From Squalus acanthias (Eukaryota), in contig CM059432.1 of assembly GCA_030390025.1 (NCBI GenBank), positions 6,696,001 to 6,760,000 on the forward strand: DNA of 64,000 nucleotides, written 5' to 3'. Both the position numbers and the translations under genes were made by a program. Positions within the stretch are counted from its first letter, which is position 1. Every line of letters begins with the position of its first letter. The notes beneath the pieces were generated by a model that saw only the letters and a program-made list of their open reading frames with translations, was not told the origin of the DNA and searched no databases. Below, piece by piece: positions 1-13,168 of the stretch.

Positions 1-410
1 GATTATGCCTCTACGCTATTCCCCTCTGTTGATTTGACGGGAATGGATTAGTACTGTGTTTTTACAATGTAATTTTAGTAAGATTGATGATTATTGCTGG
101 GATAATTTTTGTTAGCCTTGTGTGTTTTTTTTAAATAAAATGTTGGTGTTCTTTGCACAAATTTAAACTTAATTGGTAGAAAATTCCTTTGAAGATCCCA
201 GCAGACTAACATAAGGTCTGAATGAGCTAGTAAATAATAACTTGGCAACAGCTTAAACAGTTTGTGTCTTAAGCCTCCTTTAAATTGTAATTAGTTCAAG
301 CTCAGAAAATAGTTGAAAACTCCCGACACTGGATTAGAGGCTAGTTGTTACTTTTTATGTAGGGAAGAGGACATCATTTTTGCTGAAGTAAGCCTTAAGT
401 ACAGCAGTAG

Positions 411-1145
411 TCGATGACGAAGTCCAACACCGCCTTCACTGTGCCAGTGCAGCCTTCGGTCGCCTGAGGAAGAGAGTGTTTGAAGACCAGGACCTCAAAC
501 CCGGCACCAAGCTCATGGTCTGCAGAGCAGTAGTAATACCCGCCCTCCTGTATGCCTCGGAAACATGGACCATGTACAGCAGGCACCTCAAAGCACTGGA
601 GAGGTGCCACCAACGCTGCCTCCGCAAGATCCTGCAAATCCATTGGCAGGATAGGCGCACCAACGTTGGTGTTCTTGCTCAGGCCAACATCCCCAGCATC
701 GAAGCTCTGACCACGCTCGATCAGCTCCGATGGATGGGTCACATCGTCCGCATGCCCAATACGAGACTCCCAAAACAAGCGCTCTACTCGGAGCTCCGGC
801 ACGGCAAGAGAGCCCCAGGTGGGCAGAGGAAACGCTTCAAGGACACCCTCAAAGCCTCCTTGAAAAAGTGTAACATCCCCACCGACACCTGGGAATCCCT
901 GGCCCAAGACCGTACAAAGTGGAGGAGAAGCGTCCGGGAAGGCGCCGAATACCTCAAGTCTCTTCGCCGTGAGCAAGCGGAAGCCAAGTGCAAGGAGCGC
1001 ACTTCAACCCAAGCACCCCACCCACTGTCTGCCCCACCTGTGACAGAGACTGTAGGTCCCGCATTGGACTCAGCAGTCACCTGAGAACTCATTTTTAATG
1101 TGGAAGCAAGTCATCTTTGGTTCCGAGGGACTGCCTAAGAAGAAG
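411..1145 (+). mobile_element. RTE-clade LINE, 5'-truncated 3' end
   Basis: ORF 476-1084 carries RTE ORF2 C-terminal motifs (LLYASETW, LRKILQIHWQD, QLRWMGHIVRM, RLPKQALYSEL, GGQRKRFKDTLK); short 3' UTR ends in (aag)n. Confidence 0.9.
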
Positions 1146-1352
1146 TAGTAGTAATACATTAGAACATTACTGCTGAAGAGTGCCTTTGACACTGCTGCTT
1201 GTATCCTATACTACACCCAATTCTATTTGCCCATCTTGCTGACCTACTTCTGTTCGTAAGCCAGCAACGCCTCAAATTTACATTTTTTGTCCTTGTCTTT
1301 CAGTTCATTCATTGCCTATTCCATAACCTCCTTCACCCTTGCAACTTTCCTT

Positions 1353-1612
1353 AAGAACATAAGAATTAGGAGCAGGAGTAGGCCATACGGCCCCTCGAGC
1401 CTGCTCCACCATGCAATAAGATCATGGCTGATCTTCGACCTCAACTCCACTTTCCCGCCCAATTCCCCCATATCCCTTGATTCTCCTACAGTCCAAAAAT
1501 CTATCTATCTCAGCCTTGAATATACTCAACGACTGAGCATCCACAGCTTTTTGGGGTAGTGAATTCCAAAGATTCACAACCCTCTGAGTGAAGAAATTCC
1601 TCCTCATCTCAG
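1353..1612 (-). mobile_element. CR1 LINE 3' end
   Basis: Minus strand encodes RRNFFTQRVVNLWNSLP and ends in a ttcttatg-type tail. Confidence 0.9.
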
Positions 1613-2874
1613 AGGAACTTTCCGTTCCTCTGATTAAAGCCTCTTGCGCATTCCCCGTCCCTTTGCCCCACCACTGGTGGCCATACTTGAAACCCAACCC
1701 TATGCCCAAGTCTTTATCATTCCATCTAATCTCTCTCTCTCTTTGGCTCAATGTTTGTTTCTCATCATACCTCCATGAAGTGCTTCAGGATGTTTTTCTA
1801 CATTAAAAAAAATCATATAAGTGCAAACTGTGTTGGTATTTATTGCACTACCGACATTTGCTTCTCAAATGAGAGGGAAAGTCTAGAAGGGAAATAGGAA
1901 TTTCCCTCTACATCTGTTCAACTAGAAGAAAGGTTAAAATTAAAAAATAAATCTCCTACTCCTCAGAAGACATTTGTACTTCCAGTCTTTTTGGTGTTAG
2001 CAGATTTTAATGTACTGTCAGAGTTGACATCGGTTGTGGTGGTATCAATAAGTGACTGCATGGGAAACCTTAGAATCTCTTGCCCTCTTAAGCTCTGGAT
2101 GTGGATTTGGACACAGTCGTGCCAGAAAATCTCTGTCCTGATTAGGCACTGCTGTGCATTTGGCCAATGTTATGCTTTTCTGGCTCAGATACTTTCCAAT
2201 CATCATCTAGGAATGTGAAGGATTCCATCAGTTTTTTTTTGCCATTTTTGATCAGTAATGGGTGAACTATATTTTTAGGTTAATGCATTCTGAAAATTTT
2301 TTAACGGAACATACCAAGCATAGAACAGTGTGGAATTAAAGGATGACAACGGTTGTGGTGACATCCAAAAGTGGCAGCGCAGGATAGCTTGGAGTCTCCG
2401 AATTGGATTCCGCTCTGCAGAACTTCCTATGGAACAGCTTGCTAACATCATCTGAGCATATCCTTGTTGTGAGGGGGACGGGGCCCAAAATGGTTGGGTT
2501 CCATGGGGAAGAAAAAGATGATTGCAACCTCAAATATCTGGCAAGGTAGTTTTTATTTTATTGCACATGAATTATGTAAATGGAAGAGTGGCTTTTATTA
2601 AAAGTAATTCTTGTACTTCTCTTTTAATTCCTTTTCATAGACTCCTTTTGAGGCATCCTGTTTTCAGTGGGATTGAATCTTAGTTTGCACAGTAGCTGGG
2701 TTACATCAGAAACATTTGTCCTCTGGGACTGTATTAGGCGTGAATAGCTCTAATGTATATTTTTTCCTGGGAGTGGGGTGGGCATGGAAGTGAAGGCAAA
2801 AATGTAAGATAGGGTGCGATAGCTGGGACTGATTACATGCCTGTGATCTGAAGGAAGGGTTCATACACAACTAA

Positions 2875-3689
2875 TGGTAGCACGCTCGCCTCGAAGGCAG
2901 AAGATCGTGGGTTCAAGGTCCACTCCAGAGACTTGAGCACAAAAATCTAGGCTGACGCTCCAGTGCCGTACTGAGGGAGTGCTGCTTTCTCAGGTGGACG
3001 TAAAAGATCCCATGGCACTATTTCGAAGAAGAGCAGGGGGGGGGGGGGGGTTTATCTCCGGTGTCCTGGCCAATATTTATCCCTCAATCAACATCACTAA
3101 AGAACAGATTATCTGGTCATTATCACATTGCTGTTTGTGGGAGCTTGCTGTGCGCAGATTAGCTGCCGCGTTTCCTACATTACAACAGTGACTCCACTTT
3201 AAAAGTACTTCATTGGCTGTAAAGTGCTTTGGGACGTCCGGTGGTCATTAAAGGAGCTACAGGAAACTTTTGTTTATCCGGCACCCAAATATCCGGAATT
3301 CTCGCTTAACCGGCAAAAATCATCCTCCGAAAACTCCTCTCAAATAACCGGCAATGTTGCCGAGTCGCAGTCGAGTCTCCGCGAACGCCGAGTACTCCGA
3401 AAACTCCTCTCAAATAACCGGCAATGTTGCCGATCCCGAGTCCGAGTCCGAGTCCGCGAACGCCGATTTAGTCAGTAGGGGTAGTTTTCAAAAGTGCCAC
3501 TACTCGGCCTCCTGGCGCTGTCGGAAGTATACTGCACATTTCTTGATTTATTTATTTTTCTTTGTTAAAAATAGCCTCGGTAGATATAACTCTCCGTTAT
3601 CCGGTACTTTCGATAAACCGGCACCACGCCGGTCCCGCCGGTGCCGGTTAATAAAGAGTTTCCTGTATATAAATGCAAGTCTTTCTTTT
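2875..3689 (+). mobile_element. SacSINE1-like Deu-domain tRNA-SINE, interrupted by a MITE
   Basis: B-box ggttcaaggtcc, core gtaaaagatcccatggcactatttcgaagaagagcagggg; tail resumes (tataaatgcaagtctttc) after the insert. Confidence 0.85.
3260..3665. mobile_element. Tc1/mariner (Tigger/pogo-like) MITE
   Basis: TA on both sides; 26-bp imperfect TIRs CAGGAAACTTTTGTTTATCCGGCACC and CAGGAAACTCTTTATTAACCGGCACC (reverse complement); internal 70-bp-period duplication. Confidence 0.85.
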
Positions 3690-4867
3690 AAGCACGAAGT
3701 TTGCTAAGGACTGCCAGTGGCCCACATGCTCTGTGCTGTTGATGTAGGACGATGCCCACGTTGAAGGATTAATGTTTTATAGAATTACTGGAAACCTGCG
3801 TAGTTTTGAGCCAACTATTAGAAAATAATGTACTGGATGTGCATAATTTTTTTTCCTGCAGACTAAATTAATGATTGCGAGCTTCTGAACGGGGGACTCA
3901 AAAGATGGTGATGAAAATGAAAACTCGCTGTCACTTTCAGAATAATAATGATTCTGCAGAGCTTTAAAGTATAGCTGACTTATTTTCTCAACTTTAAACT
4001 CTGTTAACACAGAGCTTTTGAAAAAAGTTGCATTGGGTGTGGATTTGTGCTGTCATCTGTGATTCTACTGTTGTGCCTGTAGAGCTGAAATAATAGCTGT
4101 GCAGTTTTTTTAAAAAGCTTAAGTAATTCTACTGCTTTTGTGCTCACTTCATGGGACAGTCCATGGCTTGTAACTCAAGATTTTTAAGTAGAATGTTAAT
4201 ATTGTGGAAGTATGAGTTCTGCATTTAACTCCCAGCTTAAAAAAAAAATTGCATTTTTTATCTAAGGGTATTTGTTCAGGTCTGATTTCGGAACTCAGCA
4301 ATGTAAATGGCTCCTCGTCACTCCGATGGTTTTCTGGCATGACACGTACTAATGGGACAATGTCAGCAAATCTTACCTCACCCTGTTTCCACCCTCCAGA
4401 ATTCTTAACATCTGGGCAACTGCAGTGATTATAGCCGTCCCGCTGGAGTCATAAAGAGAAATGTAAACGGGGCAGCTTTGAATGTATTTTTAACCATTAA
4501 TATGCAAGTAAATGGTAACTGTACAGAGGTCTGTTTTTCCTGTGTTTTTTCAGTAGACTAAAGGTTAACTGTGAGCTGGAGTGGTGTTACGCAGAATGCC
4601 CTGTCTGGCATCTAATGTAAATGAACTTACAATTGTACTTACGGTTGTGCCTTGATGGTTCCATTGTGCTAATTATGAAAAGCAATTTTTTTTTTAACCT
4701 TTAAGCCCTGAGCAGTTGTTGAATTTACAAATCTATTTACTTGTCGTCAATTTCTGATTGTATTTCGTGAGGAACAACAGTCCCGACACTTTAAGTATTT
4801 TATAGAATATAGGTCCGTTACTGGGTCTTTTACCACTTCAAATTAACCATTAGCATGTACTACCTGT

Positions 4868-5095
4868 CTACGGGTGGGGGTCTGGATGTCACTGCCTGAA
4901 AGGGTGGTAGAGGCAGAAACCCTCACTGCATTTAAAAAGTACTTGGATATGCACTTGAAGTGTTGTAACCTACAGGGCTACGGACCAAGAGCTGGAAAGT
5001 GGGATTAGGCTGGAGAGCTCTTTTTAGGCCGGCGCAGACACGATGGGCCGAATGGCCTCCTTCTGTGCCATAAATTTCTGTGATTCTATGATTCT
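4868..5095 (+). mobile_element. CR1 LINE 3' end (second subfamily)
   Basis: cactgcctgaaagggtggtagaggcag ... gatgggccgaatggcctcc followed by attctatg repeats. Confidence 0.85.
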
Positions 5096-5188
5096 AACCC
5101 AGGAAATAGACAAATTTACTTTAATCAGTCCTGAAAAGACTGTCTCTTCCAAAGCACGATCTGTGACAACTTGTGGCTAAATTGTTTC

Positions 5189-5490
5189 AACAACAACATC
5201 AACAACTTTTATTTATATAGCGCCTTTAACGTAGTAAAACCTCCCAAGGCACTTCACAGGAGTATTGTAAGACAAAAAATTTGACACTGAGCCACATAAG
5301 GATAAATTAGGGCAGGTGACCAAAAGCTTGGTCAAAGAGGTAGGTTTTAAGGAGCGTCTTAAAGGAGGAGAGAGAGGTAGCGAGGCGGACAGGTTTAGGC
5401 AGGGAATTCCAGAGCTTGGGGCCCAGGCAACAGAAGGCACGGCCACCAAAGGTTGAGCGATTATAATCGGGGATGCTCAAGAGGGCAGAA
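5189..5490 (-). mobile_element. L2 LINE 3' end
   Basis: Minus strand encodes GGRAFCCLGPKLWNSLP...FKTLLKTYLFDQAF, then aaaggcgctatataaat and a (ttg)n tail. Confidence 0.9.
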
Positions 5491-5951
5491 TAATCTATAC
5501 TGGTCCCTAAAATTAAGCTTGTATTGTGAGCAGACCAATAAAGGAGAAAAAGAAGTTTAAATTGTGCCTTTGAATTGTTGCTACAGCAAGGGTTTAAATG
5601 TACACACAGTATGTTCATACATGCTCACTTCGTGCATGCTTAAGCCCTTGTAAATGGTATCAGACAAAGTTCTCACCAGACAAGCCTTACTATATTCTGG
5701 CACTAGCCCAGCTCATTCTGTTTCATACTTTATCAGAAAACACATTGTTGACATTTTTATCTCCAGAAACAAGCTGGAAAATTAGAAGTTGGAGAGGAGA
5801 GTGCTAAATTTTCATTCACAATTAGGAGGAACGATTTCATTTCACAAGGTTTTATACTTGGTATGTTCTGTTAAAAATTGATCAGATTGTACGAACCTGA
5901 AAATATAATTTAACCCTTACTGATCAGACATGGCAAAAACGATGTGATGTT

Positions 5952-6375
5952 GTCCTATGAGGAGATACTGAGTAGATTGGGACTAGAGGTGATCTCATTG
6001 AAACATGTAAGATTCTGAGGGGGATTAACAAGGTTAGATGATGAGTGGTTGTTTCCCCTGGCTGGAGAGTCTAGAACTCGGGGGCATAGTCTCAGGATAA
6101 GGGGTCGGCCATTCAAGACTGAGATGAGGAGGAATTTCTTCACTCAGAGGGTTGTGAATCTTTGGAATTCCCTATCCCAAAGGGCTGCGGATGCTAATTT
6201 GTTGAATATATTCTAGGAAGAGAGAGATTTTTGGACTCTATGGGAATCGAGGGATATGGGGATCAGGTGGGAAAGTGGAGTTGAGGTTGAAGATCAGCCA
6301 TGATCTTATTGAATGGCGGAGCAGGCTCGAGGGGCTGTATGGCCTACTCCTGATCTTAATTCTTATGTTCTTATG
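5952..6375 (+). mobile_element. CR1 LINE 3' end
   Basis: Same family as 41130-42021; ttcttatg tail. Confidence 0.9.
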
Positions 6376-6464
6376 TACTAGGGTTTGATCAGATTTGTAA
6401 TCGGCTGTAATTTTCTAGTTATAATAAACTGTTCTCTACGGCACTTTCAAATGTCAGAATTGCT

Positions 6465-8114
6465 GGGGGAGAAATTGATCTTGGCTTCAGTCATTTTTTG
6501 GGCGTATGAATGGTTGCTAGCCCTGCAAGTTACTGGGGGCGACCTCCCATGTCCGATCAGCCCTGCAAGTGAGCCGGTCGCGTTATCAGAAGCAGGCGCC
6601 TTTTAGATGTCCAGGATGCCCGCCTAAAGCATACGCAAATCGGGATGCTATCACCGGTTGCCGGACCCCGATGCAAAGTGCGTCGCGCAAGCTCCGCCTA
6701 GTTGTACCATGTCTTGAGCAGCATAACCAGTGATCCTTAAAGGGACTCCCCAAGACATGCCTGCAAAATGTTTAAAAAACTACGGGGCTGATTTTGCCAG
6801 CCTTCGGGAGGCGGGTATGGAGGTGGGACTGCCGGGAAAATGGCAGAATTTGGGGGCGGCTGCCCAACCCGCCTCCATGCCATCTTGCCAGGAGGCGGGT
6901 AGCCGTCCCGCGCCGGGTCCCGTCTCCTTGGAGGCGGGAAGGGATTAAAACCTATTAACTGCCTGTTTAACAGGTAGTTAACAGGCAGAAAATAGGATTA
7001 TCCTCTTTTTGCCCTCAAGTGCGGGCTTCCTGAAGGCTCCAAAACCCGCCAGCTCAGCGAGGCGAGTACTGGGTCTGCGGGGGTCGGTGGGGGGTGGGGG
7101 TGCAAAGTGTCGTGTGAAGGTAAGTGATGGGTGCAAGAGTGTAGAGCTGAGTATCTGAGGTAAGTGCAAAGTGTTAGTAAAAGTGTACTTACCTTTGTTT
7201 CTCCCTGCAGGCTTCAGTCGGTGTGTATGCGGAGAGTCTCGGACCTCCGTGTTGCAGATGAGAGATGGCCGTTGCATTCTCAGATGCAACAACCATTTCA
7301 TTTCTGTAAAAGAAAGAAGTTTAATGAGGTCTTGGGTCTTGAATTCAAGACCTCATCAAACTGCAGAGAATGTCACTGTTTGATAGCTTCACAGAGCTGT
7401 CAAATGATGACAATTCGACAGATGAAACATCATACGTTGACGTTCTCTGCAACCGGCTTTCCCTTAATTGGTCTGCTAAGCCCGCTGGGCGGGCTTAACA
7501 AGGTCAATCAAGGGAAAATAGCGTGGGTTGGCCACAAATCGATGGAGGCGGGACATCGACCCGCCAAGCAGCAGTCCCGCCTCCAACGTGCCCCCATTAA
7601 CAAAATTGCCCCCTACATTTCTGTGGAGCCAGGAGGAGTGCTTCTCTTAGATTTACCAAAATACTCCCCCACCGCCCCCCCCCCCCCCCCCCCGCCAAAC
7701 AATGTTTCCTCTTACTTTTTTTTTCGGTGCGCGGGCCCTTTTACTGGCTGCGCCGCCCATTCAAATTTTAGCGCATGTGCAGTTTTTCCAGTATAAAAGC
7801 TGGTGAGCGGCCTGCGCGGGACCTCCAGACTGCTGTGCAGCTTATCAGGAACATTGCCCCCCATACCCCCCCCCCCCCCCCCCCCCCAGGCTTCGACTCC
7901 TCTCCCCACCCCTCCCAGGACCTACCTGCGGGCTGGCTTGACGTCGGCGCAAGACGGAATTCATCAGGCCCCGACTGGCAAGGTGCATTGGCGTTTGCAG
8001 CTCGTCAAGTGAGACCCGATTGAAAAATGTGACTTGAGCCTCAGGCGGGCATAGACTGACGCGCAAATAAATTGTTTCACTAAATTTGCCACCTGTTTTG
8101 GACCCAAGTCTCCC
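6465..8114. mobile_element. GC-rich non-autonomous DNA element hosting a nested MITE
   Basis: Begins gggggagaaattg; CpG-rich body continues across the 6784-7613 insert; right end uncertain. Confidence 0.5.
6784..7613. mobile_element. PIF/Harbinger-like non-autonomous element
   Basis: TAC|GGGGCTGATTTTG ... CAAAATTGCCCCC|TAC: imperfect TIRs and a 3-bp TSD. Confidence 0.8.
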
Positions 8115-11100
8115 TGTTTTCTTTCTTAATTCATTTGTTTTTTAACTAGATAAGTTTTTAGCAAGCCAAGGTAAGAATTAAAATAAAGTCTAGTTGTGAC
8201 TGGAACAGATAATAATCGTACATTAACTGGACCTGTTAAACAATTTAAAGACATGCTATTTCATATTGACATGTGGCAGAGCTGACCAAGTAATCTGGCT
8301 GTAAAAGTGCAATGTTGAGCAAGTGAATTTGCGGTTTATTTCAACTGCACAACCAAGTAAATTGTTTTCCTTGTAGGGTCAGTGATGACAGATGGCAAAT
8401 CGTTTTGGTGTGAGCTATAATAAAATGCAAGTTTCCTAAATACTATTAAATCGGGGGGACCTCTGGATCGAACTGTAACTGAATGGCAAGTTATTTTGAA
8501 AACTTGGAACACCTGAACACATAGAAATATGAAGGCAGGAATTCAGAAACTACAGATGAAGCTTGAAATGAGTAAAAGTCATTTAAAAAAAAAAATCTTT
8601 ATCCCTGGCGTCTGAGATTTTGCTATGAAAAGATGCCTTTATTCGACTTATTTTAGGGTGAGCTGACAGACTCAGTTTGATTTTTTGATCCATTTCCTAC
8701 AGTGATCTATCCCTCAGATATCTGTATTTTCACTGGATATCTGTGCCTGACTCCATAGGGTACTGATTCTGCAAGACCACACTGTCACCCTGTGGACGTA
8801 GTTGGTACAGCCGAAGCAGTCCGTGTCAAGGTGGAAGTTCAGCGATGAACAAATTTGTTAACAAATATGCGGCACAATAGGACTATAATTTTAGGACAGA
8901 TGATGCGTTTATATTTTTGTCACAGTTGCTGTCTGTGGCTTGTGTGCGTGCTTTTGATTCAGTTTCCACCTGAACAACAGTATTGAACCTGAAAAATAGT
9001 AGTTCATGTTTATTGGTCTTCATGGAATGGAATCAAATGTTCCTTATTTGTATTGAACAGTATATTCAGTAAAGTTCATGAACCTCCCACAGGATCGAGT
9101 ATGGAAAAGATGTTTACATATATACATTCAGTGTTGTATTTATTATACGTGCGTTGTTAGCTGGCCCAACATAGGCCAAAAGACATTACAATTTGCTCCC
9201 CAATCAAGACAAACTTAAATACTAAAGGTCAAGATAATGGATCACATATTAAGTGAATCATTGCACTGTAAAGTTTTGTACCTAATGAGTAAATGAGTTA
9301 TCCTGTTTTTTTAATACTTGTGGCACTTAAACAAATGTTGCTTAATATTTTTTTCAATGAATGTTTAAGATATTTGCCATTTAAAAAAAAATGCTAACTT
9401 AAAACTTGGTGGAAACAGATTTTCTGCAGCTTTTTCAGAACTCTGTATTCTCTTCCAGTCATTTAATTGGCTGGCCAGTGGTCATAAACTTTCAGTTTTG
9501 TTGCATGATGCAGTTTAATGCTGGCGGATGACAATCTAAGAACCCATTTAGAGTTCAAATCGACACCATGTGCAGTCTGATTCGACTGTCTGCTCATGAT
9601 GTTGTGCATACTCTTCATTAAACTAGGGCGGAGAGACCACTGACACATGAAGTTACTCGCCTCCTTTTTGAATACGTTTCGTCTGCCCTTTTACCAGTAC
9701 AAAAGCTTCATCTCTTAACATTATACCTATGCTAGAATAAGAACATTTAATAATCAATGGTATTCTTTGACCAAATAATGAGGAGATTCTGTAACATTCA
9801 TTTTACAAATAAGTTTCTGACAAAATAATTTTACAAATAGCTTTCCAAGAAAATAGTATTACAGTAACCTTCTACATATTGATCATAGTAGGACCTCTCT
9901 ATCCAGACACCTGACTCTGGTGGTGTCTGTATATATAACACAAAAGCTGAACAATTAGTTTTATAAAACTTGTTTTCACATTTAGTAAATGCTCAAACTT
10001 GTATTAAAAAGATACAGTAAACTGCAACTTTAAAGTGTAGTGACGTATGCATTATTAATAAATTGATAAAGATTGTACTGTACCAGCTATTTTTTTCCCC
10101 AAAATTTAATTTGATAAGCTGTATATTTTTAATTGAATAAAATTCTAATGGCTGGAACATGATTATTGTTAGAGCTGCAATTGTACTTTGTCGAGCATTT
10201 CCAAATTTCCTGTGCTGATTCTCATCTCTCACAGGTTCATTGTTAGCTATTTTAAAGTGACACCAGCACTCTAAAATAGCAAAAATTTAGTCAGTTTTTG
10301 ATTTCAATTTAGATTGAAGAAAGAAGACTTTTTTTTTAAAAAAAAGTGAATTATTCATCTGTTTTCATTTCTTAAAATTAATTATGCATTTTTTAAAGGA
10401 CAGTACATGGTTATTTGTCTTTTAAAACAAATACTTTTTTGTTAATTCCACTGTAGTTTGATAAAGGCCTTTGATGAGCTTAAAGTAGAATTTTATTAAA
10501 TGTGATGAATCTCATTATTATTATTATGGTCCTTATCTGTTTAGCTCCATTTATGGAGTTAGGTTACAGATCAGCCATGATCTAATTGAATGGGGGAACA
10601 GGCTCGAGGGGCTAAATGGCCTCCTCCTGTTCCTATGTTATACAGCAGTTTTAGTACTGTTCATGGGTATGTTGGAACACAGGTTTTCCAAGGGCAACTT
10701 GTTTTCTTAAACATCAGCAAAAAAACTTTTTTGTGTGTTGTCTTTGAATTGTGCCTAATGTGAAGCAGCATAGTTAGTGATCGTTGCGATCTCTGTGACC
10801 CAAGGTGCGTCCATCTTATGGCTGGAGGGAGATGCATGGTGACAGTTGGTCTGCAGGGAGGAAAAATGATCAGAACCCAGTGAATAGTTTATGCGGAAAT
10901 TTCACTAATAGATTCGTCAAATAAATGCAATAGGCACCAACTGAACTGGTAAATGATCTTTGCTTTTTACAGTCCAATTTTAATTTTACTTTAATTGAAG
11001 TTGTCTTGCTAGGGTTACCCTAGCTTCCAGAATGATGCACACTGAAAGACCTAAGTGGTATCTAACACTGTACTACACATTAACTCCTTGGATTAATGGA

Positions 11101-11316
11101 AGAATTGTGGATCATAGTGAAAATGAGTAAATGCTATATTTTTTATCTCAAACTTACATAATAGTTATTTTTTCCTTTGACTCCTTTGTTTTCATGTAAC
11201 TTTACCTAAATCACACACAAAAGTAGAGAAGTTGGTCTTTTCTCAAAACATGACTCTTTCCTCGCGGACTTTCATGACGGTATTGTAAATGATACCCAAG
11301 TGATCTAGTATAAGTG

Positions 11317-11748
11317 AAAGAAAAGAACTTGCATTTATATAGCAACTTTCACAACCTCGACATCCAAAAGCGCTTTACAGCCAATTAAATACTTTAGAAG
11401 CGTAGTCGCTGTTGTAATGCAGGAAACACGGCAGCCAATTTGCGCACAGCAAGGTCCGACATGCAGCAATGAGATAGTGACAATAATGTTGGTTAAGGGA
11501 TAAATATTGGCCAGGCTTCATCTCTTCTTCTAATAGTACCATGGGATCTCTTTTGTCCGCCTGAGAGGGCAGACGGGACCTCGGTTTAACGTCTCATCCA
11601 AAAGACGACACCTCCGACAATGGAGCACTCCCCCAGTAGTTCACTGAAGTATCAGCCTAGATTTTGTACTCGTGTCTGTGGAGTGGGGCTTGAACCCATA
11701 ACCTTCTGACTCGGGCGAGAGTGCTACCAACTGAGCCACGGCTGACAA
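11317..11748 (-). mobile_element. SacSINE1-like Deu-SINE
   Basis: Diverged near-full-length reverse copy with tRNA-like head at the right end. Confidence 0.85.
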
Positions 11749-12689
11749 CTGATAAAATCAGCTGTTCTTCTTTAGGTCTTTTGCTTTCTGCTGTTTGATA
11801 CCACTCTGTTGCTTGCTTCTAGATCAGCTGCATTTCATAATGACCTACTCTGTATTCATCTTAAATTTGTGAAAGGAAAAAAAACCAACTCGCTCAGAGC
11901 TCCTACTTTGTATTTAGGCAGCATTTTAGAAGAAACAATTGTGGAATGATTTTGCATCGATGAACCAGAGAGAATTCCACCAAATAAGTTGGTTACTTGA
12001 CTTGGTTTGAAGACCACCAAGTGCAGCACTGATAACTTTAACGGGTTTCACTTCAGATTAGGTTGTGAATAAAAAACGCATTCCAAAGACTGTCCTTTGT
12101 CTGCAATGAAGACTTACTTTCAGTTGAGTTTTTGGTAGGATTTTTGAATTCAGAATAATCAGGTTGGGTGGAGGGGGAGAAATCTGTCGGGGGTGGGGGG
12201 GTGGGGCGGGGGGGGGGTGCTTCCAGATGTATAGTTTATCCAGTTTGTGCTACCATTCAACGCAGAAATATTGATTACAAGGATTTATTTGTTACAATGA
12301 CCTCATACCATGGTGGTGTCCAGTTTACAAAAGACTTGCAATAAAGTTGTTTACCAGAGATAAATTAAAGACTTGAACAGACCAGGGACTATCAGGCTGT
12401 ATATGCATGTCGCTACTGTAAAAAGAAAAAATTGAATGTGCAGTGGACAGTGTCTCTGTGAATAAGGAAATGAATTCCACATACTGTAATTTGAAATCTA
12501 TATTGCTTCAGTTAAGACCTGTGAGCACAACTTAAAAATATTCTCTACTGATTAGGATGAAAAGTGTTTATACTGCTTTGTGCATAATTTTGGAAGCTAT
12601 TTTTGTGTAATCTTTGAGTAAAACGATTTAAAGCAATAAGTGAAGAAACTAATTTAGTAAATTTAATTGATACAGCACCTCAAACTAAT

Positions 12690-13168
12690 AAGATTTACAA
12701 GGATGATACCAGAACTGCGGGGTTATACCCATCAGGAAAGGATGAACAGGCTGGGTCTCTTTTCTCTTGAAAAGAGAAGGCTGAGGGGTGACCTGATAGA
12801 GGTCTTTAAAATTATGAAAGGTTTTGATAGAGTAGACACAGAGAGAATGTTTCCACTTGTGGGGAAGAGCATAACTAGAGGCCATCAATATAAGATAGTC
12901 ACCAAGAAATCCAATAGGGAATTCAGAAGAAACTTCTTTACCCAGAGAGTGGTGAGAATATGGAACTCGCTACCACAGGGAGTGGTTGAAGCGAATAGTA
13001 TAGATGCATTTAAGGGGAGGCTAGATAAACAGATGAGGGAGGAGGGAGTAGAGGGTTATGCTGATAGAGTTAGATGAGGAAGGATGGGAGGAGGCTCGAG
13101 TGGAGGATAAACGCCGGCATGGACTAGTTGGGCCGAATGGCCTGTTTCTGTGCCGTATGTTCTATGTA
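12690..13168 (+). mobile_element. CR1 LINE 3' end
   Basis: ORF 12667-13077: LFSLEKRRLRGDLIEVFKIMKG...RRNFFTQRVVRIWNSLP. Confidence 0.92.

Noticed and set aside
395..1092. Long minus-strand ORFs (193 aa and 102 aa)
   Set aside because: Antisense shadows of the RTE coding sequence.
3325..3466. Direct repeats with spacers, superficially CRISPR-like
   Set aside because: Only two units, inside a eukaryotic MITE, with related spacers and no cas genes.
7164..7796. 210-aa ORF
   Set aside because: Runs across a MITE boundary and a poly-C run; no recognisable domain.
8365..8420. Strong-looking + strand acceptor ttttccttgtag
   Set aside because: Downstream sequence shows no VPS13B similarity and no convincing exon; likely a decoy site.
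12188..12218. G-run cluster with G-quadruplex potential
   Set aside because: Similar G/C homopolymer runs occur throughout the window; nothing suggests a specific function.
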